Sequence record: DRR723986_1318
Length of the DNA stretch: 64,000 nucleotides
Reading direction: 5' to 3' (one strand)
Part shown: positions 10,291 to 20,049 of the stretch, piece by piece
Layout of the letters: each line of letters begins with the position of its first letter
Position numbering within the stretch: position 1 is the stretch's first letter
The notes under the pieces: generated by a model
Database searches by the model: none
What the model was told of the DNA's origin: nothing
What the model saw: only the letters and a program-made list of their open reading frames with translations
Translations under genes and position numbers: made by a program

Positions 10291-11298
10291 TTATTTAACT
10301 GAACTTAAGGTCACTGGCCGGGTATTTTCCAATGCGTTCAGGAAGGTGACAATGCTCGCCGTGTCAGCGTCGCTGAGTGAGCGGCCAAGTTGTAACCACG
10401 CCATCTGTTTTACCGCTTCGTCCAACGTTTTGGCCGCGCCATCGTGGAAGTAGGGCGCGGTGCGTGAAATATCGCGCAGCGCTGGCACCTTAAACACAAA
10501 GCGGTCGCTCGCCTTGCCGGTTACCTCCTGACGGCCAATGTCGCTGGTATTGGCATAGGCATTCACCACGCCCATTTTTTGGTACATGGTGCCGCCCAAT
10601 GTCGCGCCGCTGTGGCAGGCGATGCAGCCCGTGCTAATGAAGGTTTTCAAGCCCTGCTTTTCCGCTGCGCTCAGTGCTTGGTCGTCGCCCGCCAAGAACT
10701 CGTCAAAACGGTCGCGGGTAATCAACGTGCGCTCGAAGGCGGCAATCGCTTCGGCCATATTGTCGTAGCTCAGCGCGGGCTCAGCATTGGGAAAGGCCTT
10801 GGCGAAGGCTGTTGCGTAACCCGCGTCACGCAGCCGCTGTTCAGCGGTTGCTTCATCGGGCATGGCCATTTCTACCGGGTTGAGAATGGGGCCCTTTGCC
10901 TGGGCTTTCAGGTCGGCGGCGCGGCCGTCCCAGAACTGTGCAATGTGAAAGCCGGCGTTAAACGAGGTGGGTGAGTTGCGACCGCCGCGTTCGCCGAGCG
11001 CGCCTGGCGAGGTGGGCTCGTTGTCGACACCGGCACCGTTGTTGTCCACTTGGTGGCAGCTGTTGCAAGACTGACTACCATTGGTCGATAGCGCTGTTTC
11101 AAAATAGAGCTGTTCACCTAGGGCAATGCGCTCGGGCGTGTCATTTTCGCTGCCAGGCATTGCCGCGGGCAGTGGTTTGAAAAAGGCTTGAGCCTGGGCG
11201 CGAAGCGCGGCATCGGCGTTGGCTGTTGCGCTGGTAGCAAGGCCGCCAAGGCACAGGCCGACGACCGCGAGGGTATTTTTAACGCTGTTGTTAAGCAC
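10291..11298 (-). CDS. Di-haem cytochrome c peroxidase (CcpA/MauG family)
   Basis: Signal peptide; CNSCH and CIACH haem motifs; RNSPT, QFWDGRA, NPVEM, FKVPALR, APYFHDG. Confidence 0.93.
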   Translation of the reverse strand: MLNNSVKNTLAVVGLCLGGLATSATANADAALRAQAQAFFKPLPAAMPGSENDTPERIALGEQLYFETALSTNGSQSCNSCHQVDNNGAGVDNEPTSPGALGERGGRNSPTSFNAGFHIAQFWDGRAADLKAQAKGPILNPVEMAMPDEATAEQRLRDAGYATAFAKAFPNAEPALSYDNMAEAIAAFERTLITRDRFDEFLAGDDQALSAAEKQGLKTFISTGCIACHSGATLGGTMYQKMGVVNAYANTSDIGRQEVTGKASDRFVFKVPALRDISRTAPYFHDGAAKTLDEAVKQMAWLQLGRSLSDADTASIVTFLNALENTRPVTLSSVK

Positions 11299-11359
11299 GG
11301 GTATTACTTCCTTGGGTAAATTAAGGAGTCATCATACGTGCTCGAATCGCTAAGATTAA

Positions 11360-11396
11360 ATCTTAAAAATCTATCGTTCTCATAGGATTTGGCAAT
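11360..11396 (-). promoter_or_regulatory. OxyR-like binding site upstream of cytochrome c peroxidase
   Basis: Minus strand ATTG-N7-CTAT-N7-ATAG-N7-AGAT, 13/16 match to ATAG-N7-CTAT-N7-ATAG-N7-CTAT. Confidence 0.6.
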
Positions 11397-11414
11397 AGCG
11401 GTTAGTGTCGCTGC

Positions 11415-13778
11415 CTACCACTGGTAGCTCATGCTGGCGAATACGCTCCGGCCGGGGTTTTGGCTTGGGTTATAGGTGCCCGGGAACATCGCGGTATCAA
11501 TCACTTGGTTGAGGCTGCGCTCGTCACTTAAATTTTTGCCGCCAACCGTCAGCGCCCAGCCTTGTTCGTCACTGCGCAGTGTCAGGTTTGCGGCGACGGT
11601 TGTGGTGTCGGGAATGCGCGTATTGTCGTCCAGGTCGGTGTCCGTGTAGTGCTCACCCTGATGCTGAATATTCATGCTGGCACGCAGCAGAAGGTTGCCC
11701 AGCTGATACTCCAGCGTTGGGCTTATTGTGGCCGTTAACTCCGGCGCGAAAGCCAGGCGTTTCCCGCTGAGGTCTTGTTTGGCGCCGATGCCATCGCTAA
11801 TGGGTGCCGGGCCGTTTTCATATTCTTTGTAACGGGCGCGCAGGTAGCCCAGTGAGGCGTTGATGCTGAGCGGGGTATAGGGTGTGAGCCACTGAATCTC
11901 GCTCTCGATACCTTCGGAAAATGCAGCCGCGGCATTGGTAACGTCGAACAGTAGACCGTTAAATGCAAGAACCTGAAGGTCATCAAAGTCCATGCGGTAG
12001 GCAGTCATATTGAGCTGTAGGCTGTTATCGAGCCAGCGGCTACGCAGGCCCAGTTCGAAAGATTGCGCCTCTTCCGGCTCGAACTCCAGCTGCTCGCCAG
12101 TGAAGGAAATGGCATTAACGCCACCACTTTTGAAGCCGCGGGAGAGGCTGGTGAAAAAGGAAATGTCGTCGTTCAAAAAGTAGCTGAGTGTGAGCTTGGG
12201 GGATAACTGGGTTTCAGTGCGTTCAATCTCGCCGGGGGCGTAGTCCTGGCCGCCAGTGAGGGTTGCGGTAATACAGGGCAGCAATGGGTTGCTGCACACG
12301 CCTTGGCCAGTGGGAGTGGACTTCTTCGTTTCCCGGTTCAGGCGCAGTCCCGGTGTAAGTACCCACTTTTCGCTAATATCCCAGCTCACCTGGCCAAACA
12401 ATGCGGTGGCGGCGGTGTCCTGGCGATAGTCAAAACGGTAGTAATCGGTTTCCTGAAGTAGGTTGGTCAATTGCGGCAGGATGGCGGCCAAGGTGCCGGC
12501 CAAAGGGTTGCCGGGCACATTACTACTGCCACTTAGTAGCTGTTGGGCATCTTTGGTTAGCACGTAGGAGGCAATATCCTGGCCAGCAATAATGTCGGCA
12601 ATGATGCGAAAGTCACTCTGGAAATAATACAGGCCGCCGATAAATTCAACATTTCCACCCAGCCCAAATAAGCTGTCTGCCGCGCCGCTAAAGCGCCACT
12701 CGAAAGTTTGTTGGCGATAATCGTCGACCTCGTCCAAGGTCAATAAATCGGCGGGGGAGACATCCAGGTCCTGTCGTTGTTCGACATCCAACCAGGACAG
12801 GCCGATGACAGCGGTGGTGTCCAGTCGCGATAAGCCAGCCACTTCACCAAAGTCATAGCTACCGCGCAGGGCCAGGCTATCTGAGCGCTGGTAGAGCTTG
12901 CCGTCTTCATTAAAGCTGGTTTGGAAGTTGAAAGGGTCATCTTCGATTTCGGGATCGAAGTTTTGCAAATAGTCTCGGGTATCGTCGTCGAGCTTCATTA
13001 ACTGCCGTGGCCAGAAGTTAACGCGGGTGACGGATTGCTGCGCAATAAACTCCAGTTCACTGCGGTCACTCGGTTGCCAATTGAGCTTTGCTCGCAGCGC
13101 GTCTTGGTCGCGGTCGTCCTCTTTTCGCTCGAGTTTGGTATTTTCCAGGCGGCCGTCGCGCTGCCACTTCATGGCGGACAAGCGCAGTCCGAGACTGGGG
13201 CTAAAGCGATACCCGACGCCCGCCTCAAGACGTTGTTCACCGTATTCTTCGTCGCGGTAGCTCAGCTTCCCTTCACTGCCCTCCTCGGCGGGGACAGTTT
13301 GGCTGCTGACATTGAACACACCGGCGATCGTATTTTTACCGAACAGCGTGCCCTGTGGGCCGCGCAGCACTTCCACCCGTGCAAGGTCATACATCGATTC
13401 GCTGAAGTAGCTGGGGCGACCGTAGAACACCTCATCCTGAACCAGCCCTACCGCAGGCTCGAAGCTGGGGTTAAAACTGTTGGTGCCAAAGCCGCGAATG
13501 AATACCTGAGGTGAGGACGGGCTGGTGAACTCGACTCTGACATTGGGTACGTAGGCAGACACGGCGACCAAATCGCCGATGGCGTTGTCCTGCATAAAGT
13601 CGCCAGACAGGGCGCTGATTGAAATTGGAACGTCCTGCAGGCTTTGTTGGCTCTTCTGCGCGGTGACGACCACCTCCTCTAAAACGCGGGGGCGGTTTTC
13701 GGCTTCGGCGTTGGGGCTGAGCAGCGCTAAGGCAAGGATGCCTAGGGCGGTCGTTCTACTGTTGCTGTGCGTTGTCAT
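11415..13778 (-). CDS. TonB-dependent receptor
   Basis: Signal peptide, TonB box LEEVVVTAQK, plug motif VEVLRGPQGTLFGKN, GFKSGG, terminal aromatic residue (YQW). Confidence 0.95.
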   Translation of the reverse strand: MTTHSNSRTTALGILALALLSPNAEAENRPRVLEEVVVTAQKSQQSLQDVPISISALSGDFMQDNAIGDLVAVSAYVPNVRVEFTSPSSPQVFIRGFGTNSFNPSFEPAVGLVQDEVFYGRPSYFSESMYDLARVEVLRGPQGTLFGKNTIAGVFNVSSQTVPAEEGSEGKLSYRDEEYGEQRLEAGVGYRFSPSLGLRLSAMKWQRDGRLENTKLERKEDDRDQDALRAKLNWQPSDRSELEFIAQQSVTRVNFWPRQLMKLDDDTRDYLQNFDPEIEDDPFNFQTSFNEDGKLYQRSDSLALRGSYDFGEVAGLSRLDTTAVIGLSWLDVEQRQDLDVSPADLLTLDEVDDYRQQTFEWRFSGAADSLFGLGGNVEFIGGLYYFQSDFRIIADIIAGQDIASYVLTKDAQQLLSGSSNVPGNPLAGTLAAILPQLTNLLQETDYYRFDYRQDTAATALFGQVSWDISEKWVLTPGLRLNRETKKSTPTGQGVCSNPLLPCITATLTGGQDYAPGEIERTETQLSPKLTLSYFLNDDISFFTSLSRGFKSGGVNAISFTGEQLEFEPEEAQSFELGLRSRWLDNSLQLNMTAYRMDFDDLQVLAFNGLLFDVTNAAAAFSEGIESEIQWLTPYTPLSINASLGYLRARYKEYENGPAPISDGIGAKQDLSGKRLAFAPELTATISPTLEYQLGNLLLRASMNIQHQGEHYTDTDLDDNTRIPDTTTVAANLTLRSDEQGWALTVGGKNLSDERSLNQVIDTAMFPGTYNPSQNPGRSVFASMSYQW

Positions 13779-13826
13779 GGCGTTTTCTCGTTTTTATTAT
13801 GTATCGTTTTTTGTGTTCTGGTGTGC

Positions 13827-14558
13827 TTAAAAGCCGGTAATGATCAGCAAACTACCGGTAAAAAGCAGCAGGGCGTAAACCACATTGCGAAAACGTTGCT
13901 CGTCTACTCGGTGGTGGAGATATTCACCTACGACGACGCCGGCGACTAACACCGGGGCAATTGCGGCGACCTTGGGTAGCGCGGGGTAGAGGCTTCCATC
14001 AATGGCGAAGACGACGGTGAGTAAGCTGTTTAAGCTGAACCACACGGTGATTAGTGTGGCGCGAAAAGCCGCTTTATCAAGTTGGGTGCCCGTCAACGCA
14101 TAGACCAGTAACGGGCCGCCAGAGGCGTAGAGGCCGTGGGTAATCCCGGCGCCCAGCATCCAGCCCTGTGTCCAAAGCGCGCCGTGACGGCGGCTGCTCA
14201 AACCGCGATAGGCGCGCAGCAGCTCGCGCCCCGCAAACCAGACGACCAGGGCGCCAAATAATAATTGCAAAAGCTGATCGCCGAGCCAGGGCCTCAACAG
14301 ATAGCCCGCCAAGGTGCCACTAACCATTAACGGCAGAATCAGCTTAAGTAAGGTGGGCCAATGAATGTGCTGGTGGTGGCGGGCCAGTAGGTAGCCTGTC
14401 ATACAGATATTCAGCGGTACCAGCACGGGTAGCATGGCCTCAATGGGTAGCAACAAGGCGCCGAGTGATAGGGCGATAACAATGCTGCCAAAGCCGGTGA
14501 TCGCTTCAATGCTGTAGGCAACAAAAACGAAAATCGCCAGAAGAATCCAAGGGTCCAT
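13827..14558 (-). CDS. Sulfite exporter TauE/SafE family membrane protein
   Basis: Start reassigned to MDPW (TAATG coupling); ITGFGS and GLYASGGP motifs in two hydrophobic halves. Confidence 0.8.
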   Translation of the reverse strand: MDPWILLAIFVFVAYSIEAITGFGSIVIALSLGALLLPIEAMLPVLVPLNICMTGYLLARHHQHIHWPTLLKLILPLMVSGTLAGYLLRPWLGDQLLQLLFGALVVWFAGRELLRAYRGLSSRRHGALWTQGWMLGAGITHGLYASGGPLLVYALTGTQLDKAAFRATLITVWFSLNSLLTVVFAIDGSLYPALPKVAAIAPVLVAGVVVGEYLHHRVDEQRFRNVVYALLLFTGSLLIITGF

Positions 14559-15343
14559 TAATGCTGCTCCAGTTCCACGGCAAATTTGCGCCGCATTAGG
14601 CGGTGGAAGGTTGTTGGCGCAACGCGCCACAGCAAGCTTGCCAACCAAATGCCGCGGTGGGGAAACAAGTGTGGTTTGCGCCGTTCGGCGGCCTGTAAAA
14701 TTGCTGCGGCCAGCGGTTCGGGCTCGCCAATGCCGCCGAGGGTGGAGCGTGCGTGCCGCGCAGCGTTGCCATCGGCACCGAGGGCATTTTGTTCGATATT
14801 GGTGTTCACGAAGGCGGGGTAGACCATCAGTACGTGCACACCATTGTCCTGTTCTTCGCCGCGTAGTACTTCAAAGAACTGACTCAGTGCAGATTTAGCG
14901 CTGCAATACGCGGCTCGGCCGAGCACCGGCATCCAGCCCGCCATTGAGCCAATGTTGATGATACTGCCGCGGCTGCGTCGCAGCAGCGGGAGTAAGGCCA
15001 TGCTAAGGGATACAGGGGCTTGCCAGTCGATAGCCATTACCTTTCTAAACACCGCCGGATCAGTGTGGCCGGCGAGAGAGCGGTGGGTAATACCGGCGTT
15101 ATTCACCAGGATATCCAGGCGTCCACTTGCGGTGATGGCCTGAGCGACAGCGTCGATAGCGGCTGCATCGGCAAGGTCGGCAACAACGGTGTGCACACGC
15201 TCGTTGCCGAGTGCTGCGCTGCGTTGCTGCAGTCCCTCGGCGTCGCGGTCGACGAGCCACACGCAGTCACCGCGTTGATAAAACTGTTGCGCCATCGCCC
15301 AGCCGAGCCCGCTGGCGGCACCGGTAATGAGTACTGTCTTCAT
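14558..15343 (-). CDS. Short-chain dehydrogenase/reductase
   Basis: TGAASGLG, NNAG, S...YCSAK catalytic motif. Confidence 0.92.
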   Translation of the reverse strand: MKTVLITGAASGLGWAMAQQFYQRGDCVWLVDRDAEGLQQRSAALGNERVHTVVADLADAAAIDAVAQAITASGRLDILVNNAGITHRSLAGHTDPAVFRKVMAIDWQAPVSLSMALLPLLRRSRGSIINIGSMAGWMPVLGRAAYCSAKSALSQFFEVLRGEEQDNGVHVLMVYPAFVNTNIEQNALGADGNAARHARSTLGGIGEPEPLAAAILQAAERRKPHLFPHRGIWLASLLWRVAPTTFHRLMRRKFAVELEQH

Positions 15344-16272
15344 AGCTGCCCCCGGGCGCGGGCGTGGTCGATAAACAGCTCCAATACTTGCGCTGAACTC
15401 AACTGCGGTTGATAGCCAAACTCTTCTTTCAAACGGCGATTACTCAGTACCGGGCGATAGCGCAAGAAGTTAATCTGCTCGGGCCGGTAGCGGCTTAGGC
15501 CGAGTCGATGGCCCACTGCGAGGGCGGTTTTAAGCAGCGCCGCAGGTAAGCGCAACAGGGGTTTGTTTAAACGCTTTGCCACTTCATCAATGCGCAGGGC
15601 GCCGTCACCGGCGAGATTAAACATGCCCACCTGGGATTCAATAATGCCTTTCTCCACAATCCGGAGCAGGTCTTCGTCCCAAATAAAGACAAAGGGCGAG
15701 TCAGAGCCACGAATAGCCAACAGGCGCTTCTTTTCAAACAGCTGGGTAATTTGGTTGCGGGTTTGGCGCCCCAGTACGGTGCCAGGGCGCAAAATGAGCT
15801 GCTTGAGCTCCGGGTGCGCGCGGCGCTGCTCGGCTAAATACTCTTCAACCAAACGCTTGTGGCGGGCATAGGCAAATTCGTCATTGCCGCGCAGCGGGTC
15901 GCTTTCATCAATCCAGCTGGGGTTGTCGGGATGGTAGCCATAGGCCGCGCCGGAGCTGGTGACGGTGAGGTGTTGTACACCTGCCTTCAAGCAACATTGC
16001 ACAACATTGCGCGTGCCGTTTACGTCGATATCGTAGTCGCGCTGCTCGTCGCCGCTGGCTTCGAGTACTGAGGCGAGGTGCACAACGTGGCTGACCTGGT
16101 GCTCGCTCAGAATGTCTGCCAGCTTCGGGTCGCGAATATCGCACTGGATGTGATTCGCGTCGTCAGTAGGGCGAATATCAACGCCAATCACGGTGTAATC
16201 TTCACTGAGTCGCTCGCTGAGTTGGCGACCGATATAGCCGCCGGCGCCGGTAATGAGAATACGTTTAGGCAT
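15340..16272 (-). CDS. Extended SDR / NAD-dependent epimerase-dehydratase
   Basis: TGAGGYIG, HLAS, TSSGAAYG, YARHK. Confidence 0.88.
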   Translation of the reverse strand: MPKRILITGAGGYIGRQLSERLSEDYTVIGVDIRPTDDANHIQCDIRDPKLADILSEHQVSHVVHLASVLEASGDEQRDYDIDVNGTRNVVQCCLKAGVQHLTVTSSGAAYGYHPDNPSWIDESDPLRGNDEFAYARHKRLVEEYLAEQRRAHPELKQLILRPGTVLGRQTRNQITQLFEKKRLLAIRGSDSPFVFIWDEDLLRIVEKGIIESQVGMFNLAGDGALRIDEVAKRLNKPLLRLPAALLKTALAVGHRLGLSRYRPEQINFLRYRPVLSNRRLKEEFGYQPQLSSAQVLELFIDHARARGQL

Positions 16273-17167
16273 GGACAGTCTCCGCGCTGCGCGACCAGTA
16301 AAAAGCCAAACAAAGGCCGGCAGCCAAATGCCAGAAGCTCCAGAAGCCTGCGATAAGCATCATGCCGCCCGCCTGGGGGAAAAATGTGAAAATGATCGAC
16401 AGGCCGAGTGCTGAATTTTGTATGCCGACCTCCATGGTGACGGCGCGGCGCTCGGCCTGGGGAAGTTTGATAACGCGCCCTGCCAAGTCGCCAAGTAGCA
16501 GTGCGCCAGCGTTTTGCAGGGCAACAAGCAGCAAGATGCGGTCGGCGTACTCCATAAATAGCTGCTGGTTGCGGGAGAAGGCGATCACGACGAAGCACAG
16601 AAACACCAGCAGGGTGACCGCGCGCATGGGTTTTTCGGCGCGGGTGGCCCATTCAGGGTGGCGTTTGCCAACGGCCATGCCCAGCAGCATGGGCAGCACT
16701 AGTACCAATGCGACCAGCAGCAAGATACTCATTGGCTCCAGAGAAATGCCGCGTAGCAACTCTCGGGTGGCGGGGTTGAGCTGCGCGTAAAGGCCAAAAT
16801 TAAGGGGGGTCATCACGATGGCCGCCAAGCTCGAAACGGCGGTCATGCTGACGGAAACGGGCACACTGGCGCGGCCCAGCCAGGTCATAATATTGGAGAA
16901 TGTCCCGCCGGGGCAGGAGGCGATGAGTATCATGCCCAGTGCTAATTCTGCCGGCACAGCGAAGGCGATTGTCGCCAGGCAGGTCGCTGCTGGCAGCAGA
17001 AGAAACTGCGCCACCAAGCCGGCAGCGGGCGCGTGGGGTTGCCGCAATACGCGAACGAAGTCGTCACGGCGCAGGCCCATGGACACACCAAAGATCATGC
17101 CCGCGAGAATCCCGTTAAGCAGGATCAGGCTCTGGGGGCTAAACGCGACTTGAATATCAGCGTACAT
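16265..17167 (-). CDS. Bile acid:sodium symporter (BASS) family transporter
   Basis: AQFLLLPA, CPGGTFSN, EVGIQNSALG. Confidence 0.92.
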   Translation of the reverse strand: MYADIQVAFSPQSLILLNGILAGMIFGVSMGLRRDDFVRVLRQPHAPAAGLVAQFLLLPAATCLATIAFAVPAELALGMILIASCPGGTFSNIMTWLGRASVPVSVSMTAVSSLAAIVMTPLNFGLYAQLNPATRELLRGISLEPMSILLLVALVLVLPMLLGMAVGKRHPEWATRAEKPMRAVTLLVFLCFVVIAFSRNQQLFMEYADRILLLVALQNAGALLLGDLAGRVIKLPQAERRAVTMEVGIQNSALGLSIIFTFFPQAGGMMLIAGFWSFWHLAAGLCLAFYWSRSAETVHA

Positions 17168-18479
17168 ACGCGGCGTCGCTCTGTGGCAGGTCTCGTTGCA
17201 GTTGTTGAATATGCCTATTCACGCTGCGCCGATAGCTGTCTTTGTGTACGTAGTAGGCCATGCGCTCTAGTTGCAAATAGTGATAGCCGCCATCGAGGCG
17301 CTGGCCACATTGGCGTTTGATGTCGCGCTCCAATTGCTGGGCGGCTTTGCCGCCGGCTAATTGCTGACGAATATACAAAGCGACCATCTCGGCCTGCTCG
17401 CTACGACCCTCCCAGCCAAGCCCCGTTGCTTCAATCATGCCCATCACAAACAAATTGCGGTGCTCGGGATGGAACACATTTAAATACAGTGAGGGCGCAC
17501 CGCCGTCTTGCCAGTTGAGGTGCTTGCGGTCGATAAATGGGTAGTGGAGCTGATAACCGGTCGCCTGCAAAATCAGGTCGTAGTCGGCGCATTCGCCATT
17601 GCTGAACTCGACGCTGAGGCCGTTGGTGTTGGCAATGTCGCCACGGGCGGTGATGTCGCCATGACCAAGGTGATGCAGCATCTGTGAGTTGATCACCGGG
17701 TGTGATTCATACATTTTGTAGTCGGGATCGGGCAGGCCGTAGTCCGAGGGTTTGCCCACCGCAAGGCGAATCATCAACGCGTCAAGGCGCTGTTTTATTG
17801 GCCGCGGTAGCGGGATCAGACCGCCCAGCGTATCGGTGGGGCGGCCAGCGATAAACTTGGGAAGAAAGTAGTAGCCGCGGCGCACCGATACGTCCACAGA
17901 TTTGGCGCGGTGCACGGCATCCACGGCAATGTCGCAGGCGGAGTTGCCGCAACCGACAATTAATACCCGCTTGCCGGCAAAGACCTCGGCATTGCGGTAG
18001 TCTGCGGAGTGCATTAGCTCACCGGTATATTCACCGGGCAGTGCTGGCGCGTTGGGGTGATGCAGGGTGCCATTGGCGATTAGCAGGCCGTCGAAGTCTT
18101 CGATATGGCGCTTGCCATGCTGCTCGCTAACGATCCGCCAGCCGCCATTGTCGAGCGGGCTGGCGTCAATCACTTTGGTGTTAAATCGGTAGTGAGGGTA
18201 GAGGCGGAAGTGCTGGGCGAAGTCTCGGAAATACTGGCGCAGTTCGCTGTGATGCGGATAGGGTGCACCGCTTTTTGCCATGGGGAACTCTTTGAACTCG
18301 GTCATGTGGCGCGACGAGATCAAGTGGGCCGAGTCGTACATAGTGCTGTGCGGATTGTCGATGTCCCACAGGCCGCCGACATCGCTGTGCAGCTCAAATC
18401 CGGTAAAGGGGATGTCGTACTTTTGTAAATTCCGGGCAGCCGCCAAGCCCATCGGGCCAGCGCCAATTAATGCGTACAT
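17157..18479 (-). CDS. Flavin-containing monooxygenase (class B FMO)
   Basis: Start reassigned to MYALIGAGPMG; GGLW, YTGELMHSADY (FxGxxxHxxxY variant), VGCGNSACD, ATGY. Confidence 0.9.
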   Translation of the reverse strand: MYALIGAGPMGLAAARNLQKYDIPFTGFELHSDVGGLWDIDNPHSTMYDSAHLISSRHMTEFKEFPMAKSGAPYPHHSELRQYFRDFAQHFRLYPHYRFNTKVIDASPLDNGGWRIVSEQHGKRHIEDFDGLLIANGTLHHPNAPALPGEYTGELMHSADYRNAEVFAGKRVLIVGCGNSACDIAVDAVHRAKSVDVSVRRGYYFLPKFIAGRPTDTLGGLIPLPRPIKQRLDALMIRLAVGKPSDYGLPDPDYKMYESHPVINSQMLHHLGHGDITARGDIANTNGLSVEFSNGECADYDLILQATGYQLHYPFIDRKHLNWQDGGAPSLYLNVFHPEHRNLFVMGMIEATGLGWEGRSEQAEMVALYIRQQLAGGKAAQQLERDIKRQCGQRLDGGYHYLQLERMAYYVHKDSYRRSVNRHIQQLQRDLPQSDAAYVR

Positions 18480-18576
18480 AGCACATACTCTTGTTATCAT
18501 TATTGCAATACAGCTTAATTGAACAGCTATTGCGCGTAACGGCTTTTTCAGGACGGCAATCTGCCAATTCAGGACT

Positions 18577-19536
18577 ATGACCGAACCCACCGTCACATTG
18601 CGGTTTACCCAAGGCTTGTTGCAGGCCGCCGAGCGCCGGGGTATTGAGCTTCCCCCCGCGTTGAGTCGCCGTGTGCCGGAAACCGGGCGCACGCCTTTGG
18701 CGGTGCAAGATCAGTTGTGGCAGGCCTACTGCGATGCCGTTGATGACCCCTTAGTCGGTTTACAGCTTGGCCTGGGATTACAGGTCGGCCACCTGGACCT
18801 TGTCGGCATGCTTCTGATGAGCTGCGAAACCCTCGGCGAGGCACTCGACCTGCTACTGGAATATCACCCCATTGTGGGCGAAGGGGGCGACTTTGCTCTG
18901 CGTCACGCTGGTGGCAACTGCCTGTTAATCTATCAGCCCCACTATCAAACTTGCCGCCGCCAGCGCGTGGAAGCGGTGCTGGCCTGCGTACTGAATTTAG
19001 CGCGCTGGGTCAGTGGTGGGGAGTTTGCGGTGCGATGTCTACAATTTACCTCGGCCGCTGCCGCGCCTATGGCCGACTATCAGCGCATGCTGGGTGCATC
19101 GCTGCAGTTTGACGCCCCCGAGGATGCGCTGGTTTTCGACCCCGCCTTAGTTGCCACACCGCTCATCCAGGCAAATACTGAGATTCGAGACCAGCTGAAA
19201 AAGCTGGCCGATAAACTGTTGCAGGACATGGAGCGGGGCGAATACAGCATGGCTGTGCAGCGCATGCTTCGCCAGCAGCCTCAGTGGGGTAAGGAGCGAG
19301 TGGCCGAAGCACTGGGTATGAGCGGTCGCCACCTGGTACGTAAGCTCCAGCATGAGGGCGTCACTTTCAAGCTGTTGCGCAGCAGCTTGTTACAAAAAAT
19401 GGCGGAAGAGCGCTTGCAACGTGGCGAGCCGGTGTCGGGCATCGCCGAGGAGTTAGGTTTCTCTGATGAGAGCGCCTTTGCAAAGGCCTTTAAGCGCTGG
19501 TCGGGGCAAACCCCTTCGCAGTATCGCGAGCAGTGA
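18577..19536 (+). CDS. AraC family transcriptional regulator (OruR-type ligand-binding domain)
   Basis: C-terminal IAEELGFSDESAFAKAFKRWSGQTPSQYR; divergent from the FMO operon. Confidence 0.93.
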   Translation: MTEPTVTLRFTQGLLQAAERRGIELPPALSRRVPETGRTPLAVQDQLWQAYCDAVDDPLVGLQLGLGLQVGHLDLVGMLLMSCETLGEALDLLLEYHPIVGEGGDFALRHAGGNCLLIYQPHYQTCRRQRVEAVLACVLNLARWVSGGEFAVRCLQFTSAAAAPMADYQRMLGASLQFDAPEDALVFDPALVATPLIQANTEIRDQLKKLADKLLQDMERGEYSMAVQRMLRQQPQWGKERVAEALGMSGRHLVRKLQHEGVTFKLLRSSLLQKMAEERLQRGEPVSGIAEELGFSDESAFAKAFKRWSGQTPSQYREQ

Positions 19537-19605
19537 CGGTAACTACGTATCAACCTGCATCACCGCTTGTGTCTTCATAAGAGGCTCTGACTGCGGAGCG
19601 CTATT

Positions 19606-20025
19606 ATGTTTTTAGCCCGTTTGATTTATACCAGTGAGGTTGTTGAAGGCTTCGACCAACTCGATATTGAAAGTATCTTGAGTGTGGCCCGCGAGCGCAA
19701 TGCCGCACTGAATGTGACGGGGGTGTTGTTTTTTAACAGCCGTTATTTCCTCCAGTGCCTGGAAGGCTCCCGCAGTAATATCAACGCAATCTACCACCGT
19801 ATTCTCAACGACTCGCGCCACACAAACCCGGTTTTGCTCGATTATCGTGAAATTGCCGAGCGGGATTTTAGCGCCTGGCAAATGGGCTACATCGCAGAGA
19901 CGCAGAAAACACGCGACCTTTATCGGCAGTTCTCGCCGGTGAGCGACTTCAATGCTTATCGAATGTCTGGTGAAAGCTGCTATCGCCTGCTTAAACACAT
20001 GGCGACATCCGCACCGATGCTGTGA
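19606..20025 (+). CDS. Stand-alone BLUF blue-light sensor protein
   Basis: LIYTS, NVTGVL, FLQCLEG, DSRH, FSAWQM: conserved Tyr, Gln, Trp and Met all present. Confidence 0.93.
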   Translation: MFLARLIYTSEVVEGFDQLDIESILSVARERNAALNVTGVLFFNSRYFLQCLEGSRSNINAIYHRILNDSRHTNPVLLDYREIAERDFSAWQMGYIAETQKTRDLYRQFSPVSDFNAYRMSGESCYRLLKHMATSAPML

Positions 20026-20049
20026 GGCCTGCTCACTGATGGGGGCGGA

